From Curvularia clavata (taxonomy: Eukaryota): DNA of 64,000 nucleotides. The stretch spans positions 3,782,001 to 3,846,000 of the forward strand of contig CP089276.1 in assembly GCA_023920165.1 (NCBI GenBank), given 5' to 3'. Within the stretch, counting starts at the first letter, position 1; every line of letters starts with the position of its first letter. The notes under the pieces were generated by a model. It ran no database searches. It saw only the letters and a list, made by a program, of their open reading frames with translations, and was not told where the DNA came from. A program made the translations under genes and the position numbers. Of the stretch, positions 35,293 through 47,412 are shown in pieces.

Positions 35293-36508
35293 GTTGGCGG
35301 TTTGTGTGAAGGTCTATCGGGTTTGTAGAGTAAAGGCGACAGAGATGCTCGTTAAGAGGGGACTCTTGAGGCGTTATTACTGCAGGCGTTCCGCGGCAAA
35401 GCTGGGCAATATCTTGTCCGATGTCGATCAGCTGCTAGATCCGCGTCTGCTTCTATGGTGGACGTTGGGGTCGTGACGGCAAATTTGGTGAAGAAAAGAG
35501 GCGAGGAGTGAGTGACGTGTAGATATGAAGAGGAGATGCACCAAAGAGCGACAATGCGGTTATTAGAGTGAACCCGACTGCTGAGGTGATCACACACCAG
35601 ACGTCGCGGCGTACGAAGGAGGGTGGCTGAGCTTGCGTGGCGGATCAGCTTAGCCACATCTGTCGTAGTGCGCCGCGTTTACCCTCACGGGTGCAAATCG
35701 CTTCCATCTCAGCGGCCGCGTGGTACCGTGCCATGCACTAAGCTGCAGCTGCTCTGCATTAATACGGCAATCCTTGCGTACAAGGCGTATGTATGTATGT
35801 GGACGGTGTTAGTAGGTATCCGGTGCGAAGGCCCTTCAACACTTGCAAAGCACAGGTCTACAAGCAGTCACAAGCACCTAATATATCTCAGCTCAACAAT
35901 CCAGGAGGCCCCAAGACCACGAGTCCAATTGATCAGATCTAAGCTTGGAGGTTGTTGAATACATATCATATACGATACAAGTCACAGTCACAATAGGGCA
36001 AGGGACTATCTAGCTGGTGCAAAGTATACAAACCTTACATATCGAACATTTCGCATCGGGAGTGGGAGGGGGTGGGCGTCGGGGAATAGCGTAAACGTGA
36101 CATCGAACGGGAGGGATCGAAGAGGGAAAGAGAGGTTGGAAGACTTCGAGGGACTACGGACCGACCGAATAGTGTACAGGAGGGAGGCAAGGAACCCGAA
36201 CCGCATCGATGTCGACCGATCGACCGAAAACAAGGCGAGAAGACCGAACCGAAAGGTAATCGCCGTGACCGTTCGCCAAAGAAGATCCGAATCGAGCTTT
36301 TCGACTGCTGAATGCATTAATGTCGTGGCAGGACATAGACGTTACTCTAGCCTCCACTCGGAGAAACAAAACATGATCCCAGAAACCATTATCCGCTCGA
36401 TAAAACACTGTGCAGGTACCAATTTCGAGCACGCGCATCAATACTAGCCTTGTGCAGACAGCGACAGCAGTCCAGATACTGCCTGCTTGTGAGTTGCCAG
36501 CTCATGGC

Positions 36509-37548
36509 TTACTCTGCTACGTCCAGATCGTCATGAGCCGCTGGTGGGGGTGATTCGACTTCAATCCTGGTTAGAGCTTGGATGGCGGAAGTATCTGGTG
36601 GACTCACTTTTGCGAGGTTCGGCGGCCGGCTCAGCCTCGCGCTCACGGTCGCGTCTCTCATCGCGGTCGCCGCGGTCACGGTCACCACGGTCGTCCTCAC
36701 GGTCACGGACGTCCTTCATTTCACGGTCTCCATCAATGGGGCTCCTCGATCTATCGCGGTCACGGCGGTCGTAGTCACGCTCGCGGCGATCGTCCTTGCG
36801 GGGGGATCCGCCGCGTTCGCGACGTGGGGAAGTGCTGCGGCGGCGTGGAGAGCGCACACCACGGTCGGCACGCTCGCCGCGATCGGAACGGTCTCCTCGG
36901 TCACCGCCACGCTCGGAACGCTCACCACGAGGGCGGTCACGTCCGGAATCGAAACGCCACGACGCCGATGGCGGTGTACGTGCCCACTATTGCTTGTTAG
37001 ATGCAGCCGCTTTGTTGCAACTTCCTAGACGTACCTCGATCTTCAACAAGTCGTCACGGCCGATGCGCTTGTTGTGCATCTCATGGTACGCATCATCGGC
37101 ATCGCGTCGAGACTCGTATTCCACAAAGGCGAAGCTGCTGGCCTGTTAGAGCCCGAATATGTGGCTTGGGGGTGGAGGGATAACTCACAGCCTAGACGAA
37201 GCCGAACGGGGAGCCGGAATGTCGCAACGGACAAGGCGACCATAGCTTGAATACTGTCAGAACGAGATTCCGGGATAACGATGTAGAGGTGTTGAAGTAG
37301 GTTATGCGCTGCTTACGCGCAGGCGCAACCAGAGAGAAAGCGGCGTCGCGCAAGAGAGCGGTCGCAACCGAAACCAAATATGAACATGGAAACAAATGCA
37401 GAACCGAGTATTATGATGGGGGAGGTGGATGCGAGGGCGATCGAGTTGGGGCGAGGACATACCGTTCGAACTCGTAGGCGAGGTCGCGAGCGCGTGTTCC
37501 GTGGCCGAAGCCGGTGACGTAGAGCGTAGTGCCGCCGCCGCGAGACAT
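36509..37548 (-). CDS. SR-family splicing factor (RRM + RS/RD domain; Srp1-like), ~223 aa, 5 exons
   Basis: Exons 37548-37463, 37245-37189, 37134-37035, 36986-36608 and 36558-36509 splice to [64 protein letters not shown]...IEWARTPPSASWRF...RSPRRRS...HDDLDVAE. Confidence 0.9.
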
Positions 37549-38019
37549 GGTTGCAGTATATGTGCGGGTGTCGTGTATGCGTCGAGGTGTTGCGAAGGCT
37601 GCAGTTGAGACTGGGTGGTTGTTGCGGTTGTGGGTGTTGATGGAAGATTCCAAGGCGGACAAAAAGACCTGGAGGCAGCTGCAGCAAACGCTTTGGCTGG
37701 CGCTATGGCCACATTTCTTGGCGGCCTCCTTCGGACGACGTCAAGCTCCACGCTAACGACGGTTTTTTATGGGCACTTTACCGATGGATGTTCACTGACA
37801 GGCAAAGACATCACGCCACTTTCGATTTCCTTTTGTGGTAAAATATATACTTCGAAGCGGTGAAATGCGAAAGATGATCGTCTGTTAATATTTACTTTTT
37901 AACGCCGAGTTCCATAGACTCGGTAAACATCAAGTGAAGACTATGCCAGGTACCAGTGTACCTGTGTAACAACCATGGTACATTTGTAGAACAAAATCTA
38001 TAAACTACATTTGTACAAA

Positions 38020-39744
38020 TTAAGACGGAAACGCCCCATACGGTGCTCCATCAAGCTTGAAGTATCCCGGCTGGAGTGTCTGGAAGACGCCTGTGGGATC
38101 GTACGTGGACGCAATGCTCTTCAGCCTTTGCTTGTTGGTTTCTCCATAGCTACTGATGACATCTTGATAGGGCGACGCGTAGTTCATATAGATATAGTCG
38201 CTGTTGAGGTCCTTCTTCTCTGCTTCAGCGACGAGACGCTCGTATAGGCTGTTGCTGAAGGTCATGATCCGGGCGTTGTCTGCAACATTTGTCCACAAGA
38301 TAGCAAGGTTGCAAATGAAAATGGGGCCATCATCAGGATCGAGGCCTAATGCATTGCCGCCGTTCTGTTGCATCTTCCGCATGGCCGGAGTGGTGATTGC
38401 CTGGAATGAGAGAACGGGTAGGATGCCCGCAGCGTCTTGGATGGCCGGCAGCATGTCAAAGAAGATATCGATGAAAGTCTTGAAGATGTCCTTGTCGACC
38501 TTGAAAGTGCGGTCCCAGTACGTCTCCTGTACACCGTCAGGAGCGCCTGCACCAAGCTGATTCGCCAACGTCGACATGTTAGCCACAGCAGTCAGGTCCA
38601 TGATTGCTGGAATAGCTTTCCACTCGTCAAATACAGGAGGCCAGGGAGTCGGGTCCGAGTATTCAAGGTCCTCTGCTGCAATCTTCATGCCGTTCTGTAG
38701 TGCGAACGAGACAATCTGGGCCTGCTTTGTGTCCTTTTCGGCGTTGACTGCATAGTTGTAGTAGGCTTGGTATATCTTGTCCCACTGGTCTTCAGTGTGA
38801 GCACGCTGCCCACCCCACATTGCGCCTTGGACGAACGTTCTCATGTGAAACGCAGTGACGATGCCGAAATTGTTGCCACCGCCACGAAGAGCCCAATAGA
38901 GATCAGGGAGCTCCTCGGCACTTGCAGTAACAATGATGCCTGAGGCTGTCACTACTTCGAAAGAATCGATGTTGTCACATGCCCATCCGTAGGCATTTGC
39001 GTAGTGAGAGATGCCTCCTCCAAGAGTCAATCCAGAGACTCCGACCGAGGATATCTAGATGTTATGAGAAATTTTGAAGCCACAAGAGATGGGGAGAGTC
39101 AGTAACATACCCGCCCACCGATCACTTCGCGTCCATATTGCTCAATCCATGGGTAAACATCGCCCCAAGTATTGCCTGGTCCGATGGAAGCTATGCTCTG
39201 ATCGGATGATAACGTCTTTCCATTCAGCTTCTCAAGCGCGATAGTGATACCGCCCTCGATGCTAGAACCTCCTGCAAACGCAGCATGTCCGCCTCCTTTT
39301 ACAGCAAAAGGACATTGCGTGAGTCGAGATAGCAAGACAGCAATTGAGACGCCAGAAGCACTGCTAGGTTTGAACACGCAGAACGGACTGACTGCTGCTT
39401 GCTGAGCCGCCCAGTAATCGCCAGTAAAGTTTTTGTAAGCAGCGCTTCCTTGCGAAAGCACACTGCTGTTACCGAAAGTAAGCCCGAGAGCAGAGCACTG
39501 GTTGTGTAATTAGCATGGGGGCCAAACGAGCTGCATATGATAATCTGAGACTCACAGCTATAGAGCAAGCGGCAGGTGAAGAGAAGCTTGCTAGTCTTGC
39601 TAAACCAGGAATCGTCGCGACGTCTACCCCTTGCTCAAGGAGCGCTTTGGTAACATCAAAGTCAATGGGCTCAAAAGCGCTTGCCAACGCGTCTGTCGCA
39701 AGCACACTGGATAAGGCCGCCGCAGCAGTAAGAAGGAATCTCAT
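38020..39744 (-). CDS. Secreted FAD-linked oxidoreductase (BBE/VAO-like, PCMH-type FAD-binding), ~536 aa, 3 exons
   Basis: Exons 39744-39556, 39497-39111 and 39054-38020. Signal peptide. Motifs FAVKGGGH (candidate covalent-FAD His), VGVSGLTLGGG, PDLYWALRGGGNNFGIVT, YMNYA, YDPTGVFQ. Confidence 0.9.
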
Positions 39745-41260
39745 GATCGCTGTTTGCGGATCCAGGGTAGGTACCGAGAGTCCGGGTCTGCGACCAAGAT
39801 GCAGGGAGCTATCGGGTTAATGTAGTCTGGGCTATCATGTTCGCAAACGAGCTCAGATTACACTACCAGCGGCGTCCTCGTTGAGCGGGAGCAGAGTGCC
39901 GTGGCGAGGCGGAAGAGAACGTCGGCCGGTGCGTTCGCGAATAGTAGCGCTGCTAGTTCACATGTTAGCATGGGAGAGGCTAGGTCCCTGTCAATATGCC
40001 GTGTCCAAACCGCCACCGGTATAGAGTATCCGCCTGTTGCCAAGCTGTAGTTCATGGGCTCGCAAGTTTCGCTGCACCAGCTCACTAGAGCTGCATGGGC
40101 CTTTACAATTCGTATCTATCAACGTCAGGTCTTGTTAGTAGATATTTCGCTTCCACTTACTTGGGTTACTTTGCCACGCGGGTGTTCCACAGCTTTTCTT
40201 ACATTAACACTACCGGCGCGACACAAAAGGGGCGTTCCCGAGTCATACGAGCCCTCCCCAGGTGGCGCTTACAAGTGGATATTAGAACAGCCCTCCCGAA
40301 CCGCTTCTGCATCATCGCAATCAGAACGTTCGGCCGGAACGTCAGCGCCACCGCGCCAGCGAGGTGCCTTTCTCCAATAGTTGTTGGGGTGCATACAGTG
40401 TTAGCTTCGTATTGCTAGAGTATGCTTATGCTGGGCAAGCCAGCAATCAGCGAACAGACGGGGCTAGTCCCGCTGTGGCTGACTTCGCCGAGGCCAGAGG
40501 GAGTGCATTTCTGCGCGCTGCCAGGACAGCAGCATTTTTAGTCTGCGACCAAGAAGGGATGGCGAAAGCGTAAGACTCCAGATAATATCGTGATCGACGA
40601 ATTGCAGTGCTGGCAGCGCGCCGGGTCCAGACTCGACTACCGAGTCCTGCAGGAATTCCAAGTCGCAAAAAGGAAGAAGATGCGCAAGGGCAGGCGCTAA
40701 TGTTTATTTAGGCGTTCTGGCGGGCAGGCGCCCTTGTCCGCATCAGCCTTTGGAGTATTATACTCCGTCGCAGACATGGATTTAATATTGCAACATGTTG
40801 TCCGCGCAAACCAGATGCGGTGCGCCTCTTCGTGATAACTCGAGAAGTTCGGCGGATGGGCAGACAGGCGGAATACCAAAATCCAGGAACGAAGCCCCTG
40901 TGTACCGGCCCAGCGGATATCGTCAATCCAGTTTGTCCAGTTTCCCCTAGGCACACACGTGGGTGGCACCATGCAGCCGATTCCATGCATCTTACAGGCC
41001 TGCGGATCCCTCCGTAAATACACATGAGCCCTGGTCAAGCTAATGTTGGATGAGCAATTTTGTTTGTAAACCGTACCTTCCGCCCCTAGGGCTTTGTATC
41101 TGAAGTCTCTCCGCGGCCATTTTTGTCCTGTCTGCTCCAGGCGCAGCATTCTCTCGCGACGCCGCACCTGCCATCAGAAGAATGTCGCAAGCGCCGCGGT
41201 GATTTTGCCATACTCGTTGATCCTTAGGGCCCGGCCTATCTCCGACCTCTTGTACCTATC

Positions 41261-42580
41261 ATGTCGACGGGTACTGACTGGATCGCGCAACATGATCTCC
41301 TCCGGATCGACTATGCGATGGTTGCCATCACCTCGACCGTGTTTGCAGTACGTGTCGCTGTCCAGATCTGGCGACGAAGACCCATCGGAGCGCAAGACAT
41401 CCTGCTTTTTATCGCTTTCCTGGCCTACCTTGCTTTCAGTATTCTCTATATAGTCATTACGCCTATCTTCTTCAAACTCCAAGCGGTGGAAGCAGGACGG
41501 ATAGCGCCATGGCCGACCATGATGACGGATCTCAGGCTCGCATCCGAGGTCATGTGGCAGAGTGGTATAGAGTACTGGACATGCCTCTGGTTTGTCAAGT
41601 TCTCGTTGTTGGCGCTTTACAAGAAATTACTCGCCGGAATGCCTAAGACATACCTGTGGGTATGGTGGGCCACGGTAGTGTTTTGCATCGTGGTACGTGA
41701 GGATGGCCTTAATGGCTTCGTCTCCTAAAACCATACACAGGCATGGTTAACATTTTGTGCAGACATGGGCAACATGTATCATCACAGGTCCAGGGCTGGC
41801 GTGTGACGACACCAAGGCGTTCTTCGAAAAGGGCAAATTGTGCTCATCACTTGGCGAGACGCGTCGCCAGACAATAAACCTCTACTATGCGTATGCTGTT
41901 GACACGCTCACGAATCTTATGGGTATGTTGTGAAGTTTCCAGCTTCTGCTCGGATTGAGTATCAGTACTGACTTGTCTCGAAGTCATGATCCTACCTATT
42001 AAACTTATCTGGAATCTACAGATGGAGAAAGCGAAAAAGATTGGATGTGGTCTTCTCTTCGCTTCTGGTTTTGTTTGCATACTCTTTTCCACTATCCGTA
42101 TTGTCCAAGTGGGTCGGGACGGGAAGCCTCAGTCGCCAGACCCGAAATGGCTTACTCTGTGGACCATTGTCGAGTGCTCAACAGGTGAGGGTAGTTGCTC
42201 GTCTTCCATCGAATTATACTGACACTTCACCAGCCGTTATGATCGGTTGCTGTCCAATGCTTGCTTCTGCTCTACCAAAGGGATGGGTTCGGTCTTCGCA
42301 TACACAGGGCTATGTTCAGCAGTCTCCAAACCAGTCCGATGAGACTGAATCTAGAAGCCACCGTCTTCACGATATGCATAGTTCTAAGAGCAGGAGGAAA
42401 CGCAGTGAAAAGACTTCGGAAAATGTCAGTGTAGCCAGTCATGATGAGCTTCCGGAACGCCGAACGGGAGGAACTGGTATTAGAGTCACTGATGAGATGC
42501 GTGAACAGCACAGGCGACGGATGGAAGAGGACCAACGTATCAAAGGAGAGCCTTTAGAAGTCCATCGAGAAGAAGTGTGA
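41261..42580 (+). CDS. PTH11-like (fungal rhodopsin-domain) integral membrane protein without CFEM, 4 exons
   Basis: Exons 41261-41692, 41763-41922, 41984-42184 and 42234-42580. Motifs WTCLWFVKFSLLALY, DTLTNLMVMILPIKLIWNLQM, LWTIVECSTAVMIGCCPML. About 7 hydrophobic segments. Confidence 0.85.
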
Positions 42581-43377
42581 ACCAGTTTGTAGCCTTCAGC
42601 AATCTTGGAAAAATGAAACGAGTAGCTGTTTTCATTTAAGCGTATGTGGACAGGCCCTGTAGGGGATCAGAGGATCAAGACCGCCCTTTATCTGTGTCCA
42701 ACGAGCCGTAGCCAGCTCTTGTCGCTGGTATCAAGTCAGACTCAACACGCCTATAGTGCACTGTAGCATATCCACGAAACAGTGCCTAGTAACCCTTAGT
42801 GCAAGCATATCATAGGGTGCTCTCGAGGGTTGAACATGACAATATCGGTGGTTGGTCTGACAGTTGAAACAAATAGTGGTTAACTGGGCGGTACACCTCG
42901 TCGAGAAGCACGTGTGTGTGTGCTGACTGAATCGACGTCTGGCAAGAATCCAAGTTATTCCCCGGCTATGCAGCTAGATACACTCGAATGGTTATAATCA
43001 CATGCCTGTACATCGAGTGGCGAAACAGTGTGACGAATAGAGGCATGATGGTAGGAAGTTTCTAGGGTAGCCAGTGCTGAACAATCGCTAGGCGCTAGCC
43101 CGGCGGCAAATGCCGAGCTCGATTGCGCAGAACTTGACCGCAACGCTTCCAAACAATTACTCCCTTCCCCACACCACCAAGTTCCGAGCCTGCACTTCAC
43201 GCGCAATTCCTTTCCACGATTGACGATAGATTTATTACGACCGTGCCATAAAGTCCAGACGATCGCCTTCGGCGAAGGAAGTCGCGTCGGTTCCCTCGTC
43301 GCATCCTTTGTTGCCCACCGCCGCGCAGCGCCAAACCTACGCGACAGCTACCTTTCATCATCACCCGCGTTCTCACC

Positions 43378-45010
43378 ATGGCCGATTTTGCGAGCGACTC
43401 GCCACTGGCGATGCAACTGCAGCAAGTTGTCCAACCCAAGCTCGCCGAGTTTGGATGGACAACGGGCGGCGACGACACCACGCTATTTGAGTACATCCTG
43501 CTTATGCTAGCCAACGACAAAGACGAAGCGCAGGTCGCGGCGGAACTGTCAAATGATCTCCTTGACCTGGGCCCAGAAAACACAGAGACACAACAGTTTG
43601 CGCGGTGGTTATTCGAACAGATCCACCAGCTCAGACAGTCGATTGGCGGCAATGGACAGGTTGCGCAATCAGTTGAAGGTCAAATGGACAGCACATCCAA
43701 CGACTACGCAGCGGCTGGACAAGATACAGATATGGAGGGTGCATCGGAGGGGCAAGGCAACATGTAAGTTCACACGTTATAGCAGCCATTTACATTATCT
43801 AACAATTTGCAGTCCCACAGGTCCCAAGGCCATGCGTAACGGCAGCGGCGCGCAGGCAGGACGCTCAGCACGAGGCGGCCGCATGCTCAACCAACTCAAT
43901 AAGAACATGGATCGGAATAACGACTCGGCCTTGCATCGCGTGCGAGGCGCTGGCGGAGGCGCCGGTCGAGTAAACGCGCACGCCCGCGATGCACCAAAGG
44001 GTCCGCGCGGACAGAACATCGGTCGCGGTCTCGAAGCCATGGCAAACGGTCGTGGCATGGGCAACGCCAACGTGAACATGGGTCAGAACATGGGTATGCC
44101 TATGGGTGGAATGCCTGGTATGCCCATGGCCTCAATGGGCGGTCAGAACAACATGAACGGAATCGGATTGAACCCACAACAACAGATGGCGCTCATGCAA
44201 ATGTACGAACAGCAAGCGCAGATGATGCAGCAGATCTTTTCTGGTGCCACCCCAAATGCTTTTGTCAACCCCAACTTCGGCCAGAACCGCAACGGATCTA
44301 AGAAGCCATTGCACCAACGCATAGACCGATCTCACCAAGGCGGCAGAGGCATGAACCCAAACTCGAAGCCGTTCAAGAAGGATGGCGAAGACGAGACAAT
44401 GGCGGATGGTGCGCCTGGAGAGAGTGGCAGCGGTATGGACGTCGAGCTGCCATCAAGCCGCAATGAGCCTTCATCCACCATGTGCAAGTTCAACCTGCGC
44501 TGCACAAACCCCGATTGCCCTTATGTTCATCAGTCGCCTGCTGCCATGCCCGGTATCACTGTCGACATGAACGATACTTGTGATTACGGAGCTGCTTGCA
44601 AGAACAAGAAGTGTGTTGGCAAGCACCCATCACCGGCACAGAGGCAGAAGTACCAGGCGGAACAAGAGTGTGCTTTCTGGCCCAACTGCCGCGATCCTTC
44701 GTCGTGCCCGTACAAGCACCCTCAGGGCAAACCATGCCACAATGGTGCCGACTGCACGGTCGAAGGTTGCAAATTTGGACACAGCAAAATCATGTGCAAG
44801 TTTAACCCTTGTCTGAACCCCCGTTGCCATTACAAGCATGAGCCTGGTCAGAAGAAGAACACGACCAATGTTTGGGTGGCGCCGAAGGAAGGCGAACATG
44901 TTAGTGAGAGGAAGTTTGTCGACGAAGAGCAAAAGGAGGAGCTCATCCTTCCTAACAAGGACCAGGAGATGAATGCACAAACTAACGAGAGCGTCAATGT
45001 GCAGTCATAG
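43378..45010 (+). CDS. NAB2: Nuclear poly(A)-binding CCCH zinc-finger protein, Nab2-like, 2 exons
   Basis: Exon 1 43378-43763 (PWI-like N-terminus, LFEYILLMLAN), intron 43764-43812, exon 2 43813-45010. Tandem CCCH fingers CKFNLRCTNPDCPYVH, CKNKKCVGKHPSP, CKFNPCLNPRCHYKH; HVSERKFV. Confidence 0.85.
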
Positions 45011-45512
45011 GAACGGTATGGAAAGGGGAAAAAAAGGTTGTTGAGTGGTGGACATGATACCATGGTTGGAATAAACAAGTAGGAACACAGAAGCGGGTGG
45101 ATGCTGGAGAGCAAAGCAAAGCATTGTACAATAAGCCTAGAGATGGCTGAATGAGGCGTTATGGCTGGCGGCGCTGCCGTGACTTGGAGGAAGCCTTTCT
45201 TTTGCAAAATGGAAGCTGGTTCTCTGCGGCTGTGTGGCTGCCTTGTTCTTCTTAACTATATTCTCACTGCTTTTGCCTGTGCTTCGTGAGTGACGAGTGT
45301 TGTAAAATAGAAGAGTATCCATCACTGATGTCCGCGGTGTTGGACGCATTCTCCGAAACACCGGGGAAGGAAATCAATGACGGCAGCAGCGGGCGGTCAA
45401 AGCTCGGACATTTTCGCGCAACGCCCATGTCACCACGAGCAATTCACGTTACGTATGGCTCACAACGTTTTGGTCGCCTGAACGCTCTTCTTCCGCGACC
45501 AATTGATCGGCA

Positions 45513-47412
45513 ATGCGGTTCCAGAATGTCTCGCAGAAGACGTTGAAGACCGTTGCCGCACGCCCCGTGCTCGCGTCGCCATCATGCCACCTCCCCTCAC
45601 ATACCAACCGCCACCGCCCGCTGCTTGCATCGTCGTCACACCTTCTCCGGCAATGTCGCTACCAATCATCGTATCCTGAGCGCATTGCTGTTCTCGGGAG
45701 CGGAATTGGAGGCCTGTCCAGCGCTTACTTCCTCTCAAAAGAGTTTCCACAAAGCAAGATCACGGTATTCGAAGCGGGGAAGGAGACGGGAGGGTGGATC
45801 AAGAGTCGCAGGATTGGGGTAAAGGGTCAAGATGGAAAGCCCGCAAGTGTGCTTTTCGAATTGGGTCCGCGAACGCTGAGGAACGCTCCCGTTACTGCGG
45901 GCTTAGTATGTTGCGCGGGTCTTTTATGATAGGCATTGTGCTGACGTACGGATAGATTCAAGATCTCGGTCTCGTCAACGATATCGTATACACCAAGCGG
46001 ACCGAACCTGGCGCAAAGAATCGCTTCATATACTATCCCAACGAACTCAACCGTCTCCCTTCGGAACGCCCCTCGCTTGCCGACTTTCTCTCGCTATGGC
46101 GGACGGGTATACTTGCTGGTGCAATGAACATGATTCTCGAGCCCATGAAGCTTAAGCGACCAGCTTCCATGACTGACGAGACAGTCGGGTCCTTTCTCTC
46201 TCGAAGAGTAGACAAGAGGATAGCGGATAACCTGGTCTCGGCCGTTTTCCATGGCATCTACGCGGGTGACATCTGGCAGCTCAGCGCAAAATCACTGCTC
46301 AGCCTAGCCTGGCAGTTGGAAGGCCGGTACAATAACGTACTGGGGGGATTTTTCCGCATGCAGAATGAAGACCCGCGACCGGAGCAGCTGACACTCGCCC
46401 ATCCATACGATCGGGAATTAATACGAGTTATCAACGAGGAAATTGATCTGGAACTGGACTTTGCGAGAAACCTGGAGGAGACGAGTATGTTCACATTTAG
46501 GAACGGTCTGCAGCAGCTGGTTTGGGCTTTACAGGAAGCTTTACAGGCAAGAGAGAATGTGGACATCAAGGTGGAAACACCTGTTCAATCTTTCAAGCCG
46601 CTCACTGGAAGTGACAAGATGGGCGTGGAGATTGTTTCCGAGGTATGTCCTGCGTCTTGGCTTGCAAGAGTCGGTACACTGATAAATTGCAGCATCAAGG
46701 TTCAACAACAACAGAGACATTCGACGTTGCCGTCTCTACCCTGAGCAACGCAGACCTAACGCCCTACGTTACAGTCATGACGGTCAACCTTTTCTACCCG
46801 AACACTAATCTTCTCCCCGTCGAAGGTTTCGGCTACCTCATCCCACAATCCGTGCCCTTTGAGCAAAATCCCGAGCGCGCTCTCGGTGTCATCTTCGACT
46901 CTTCGGCCATAAAGGGCCAGGACACGGCCGACGGCACCAAACTCACCGTCATGATGGGCGGCCACTGGTGGGATGGCTGGGCCGACTACCCGACCGAAGA
47001 AGAAGGTATCGAAATGGCAAAGAGCGTTCTTCAAAGACACATTGGCATCACCGAGCAGCCCACAGCATACACTGTCAATCTAGCGCGCAACTGCATCCCA
47101 CAGTACACGGTTGGCTATGCCGACCGCATGAAGGACTTTGCGCAGGGCATGTCGTCGGAATTCAAGGGCAGGCTGCGCGTCGTGGGCAGCCAGTTCAATG
47201 GCGTGGGCGTCAACGACGTTATTACGGGTGCGTGGAAGGTGGCGAAGGATTTACGGGGCGAGGGCTGGAAGAGCAGGAGTTGCGGACTGGACAAGATTAC
47301 GGATGAGAGGGAGTGGGTGGTTGTTCCTTCGAGTGAGATGGCGTATGTGAAGAAGGCAGGGGTAAGGGTTGACAGCAATGGTATGAACAATCGGGGTGAT
47401 GGAGGTGTGTAG
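45513..47412 (+). CDS. HEM14: Protoporphyrinogen oxidase, mitochondrial, 3 exons
   Basis: Exons 45513-45905, 45956-46642 and 46693-47412. Motifs IAVLGSGIGGLS, GGWIKS, FELGPRTLR, HGIYAGD, GFGYLIP, LGVIFDS, CIPQYTVG, GVGVND. Confidence 0.92.
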
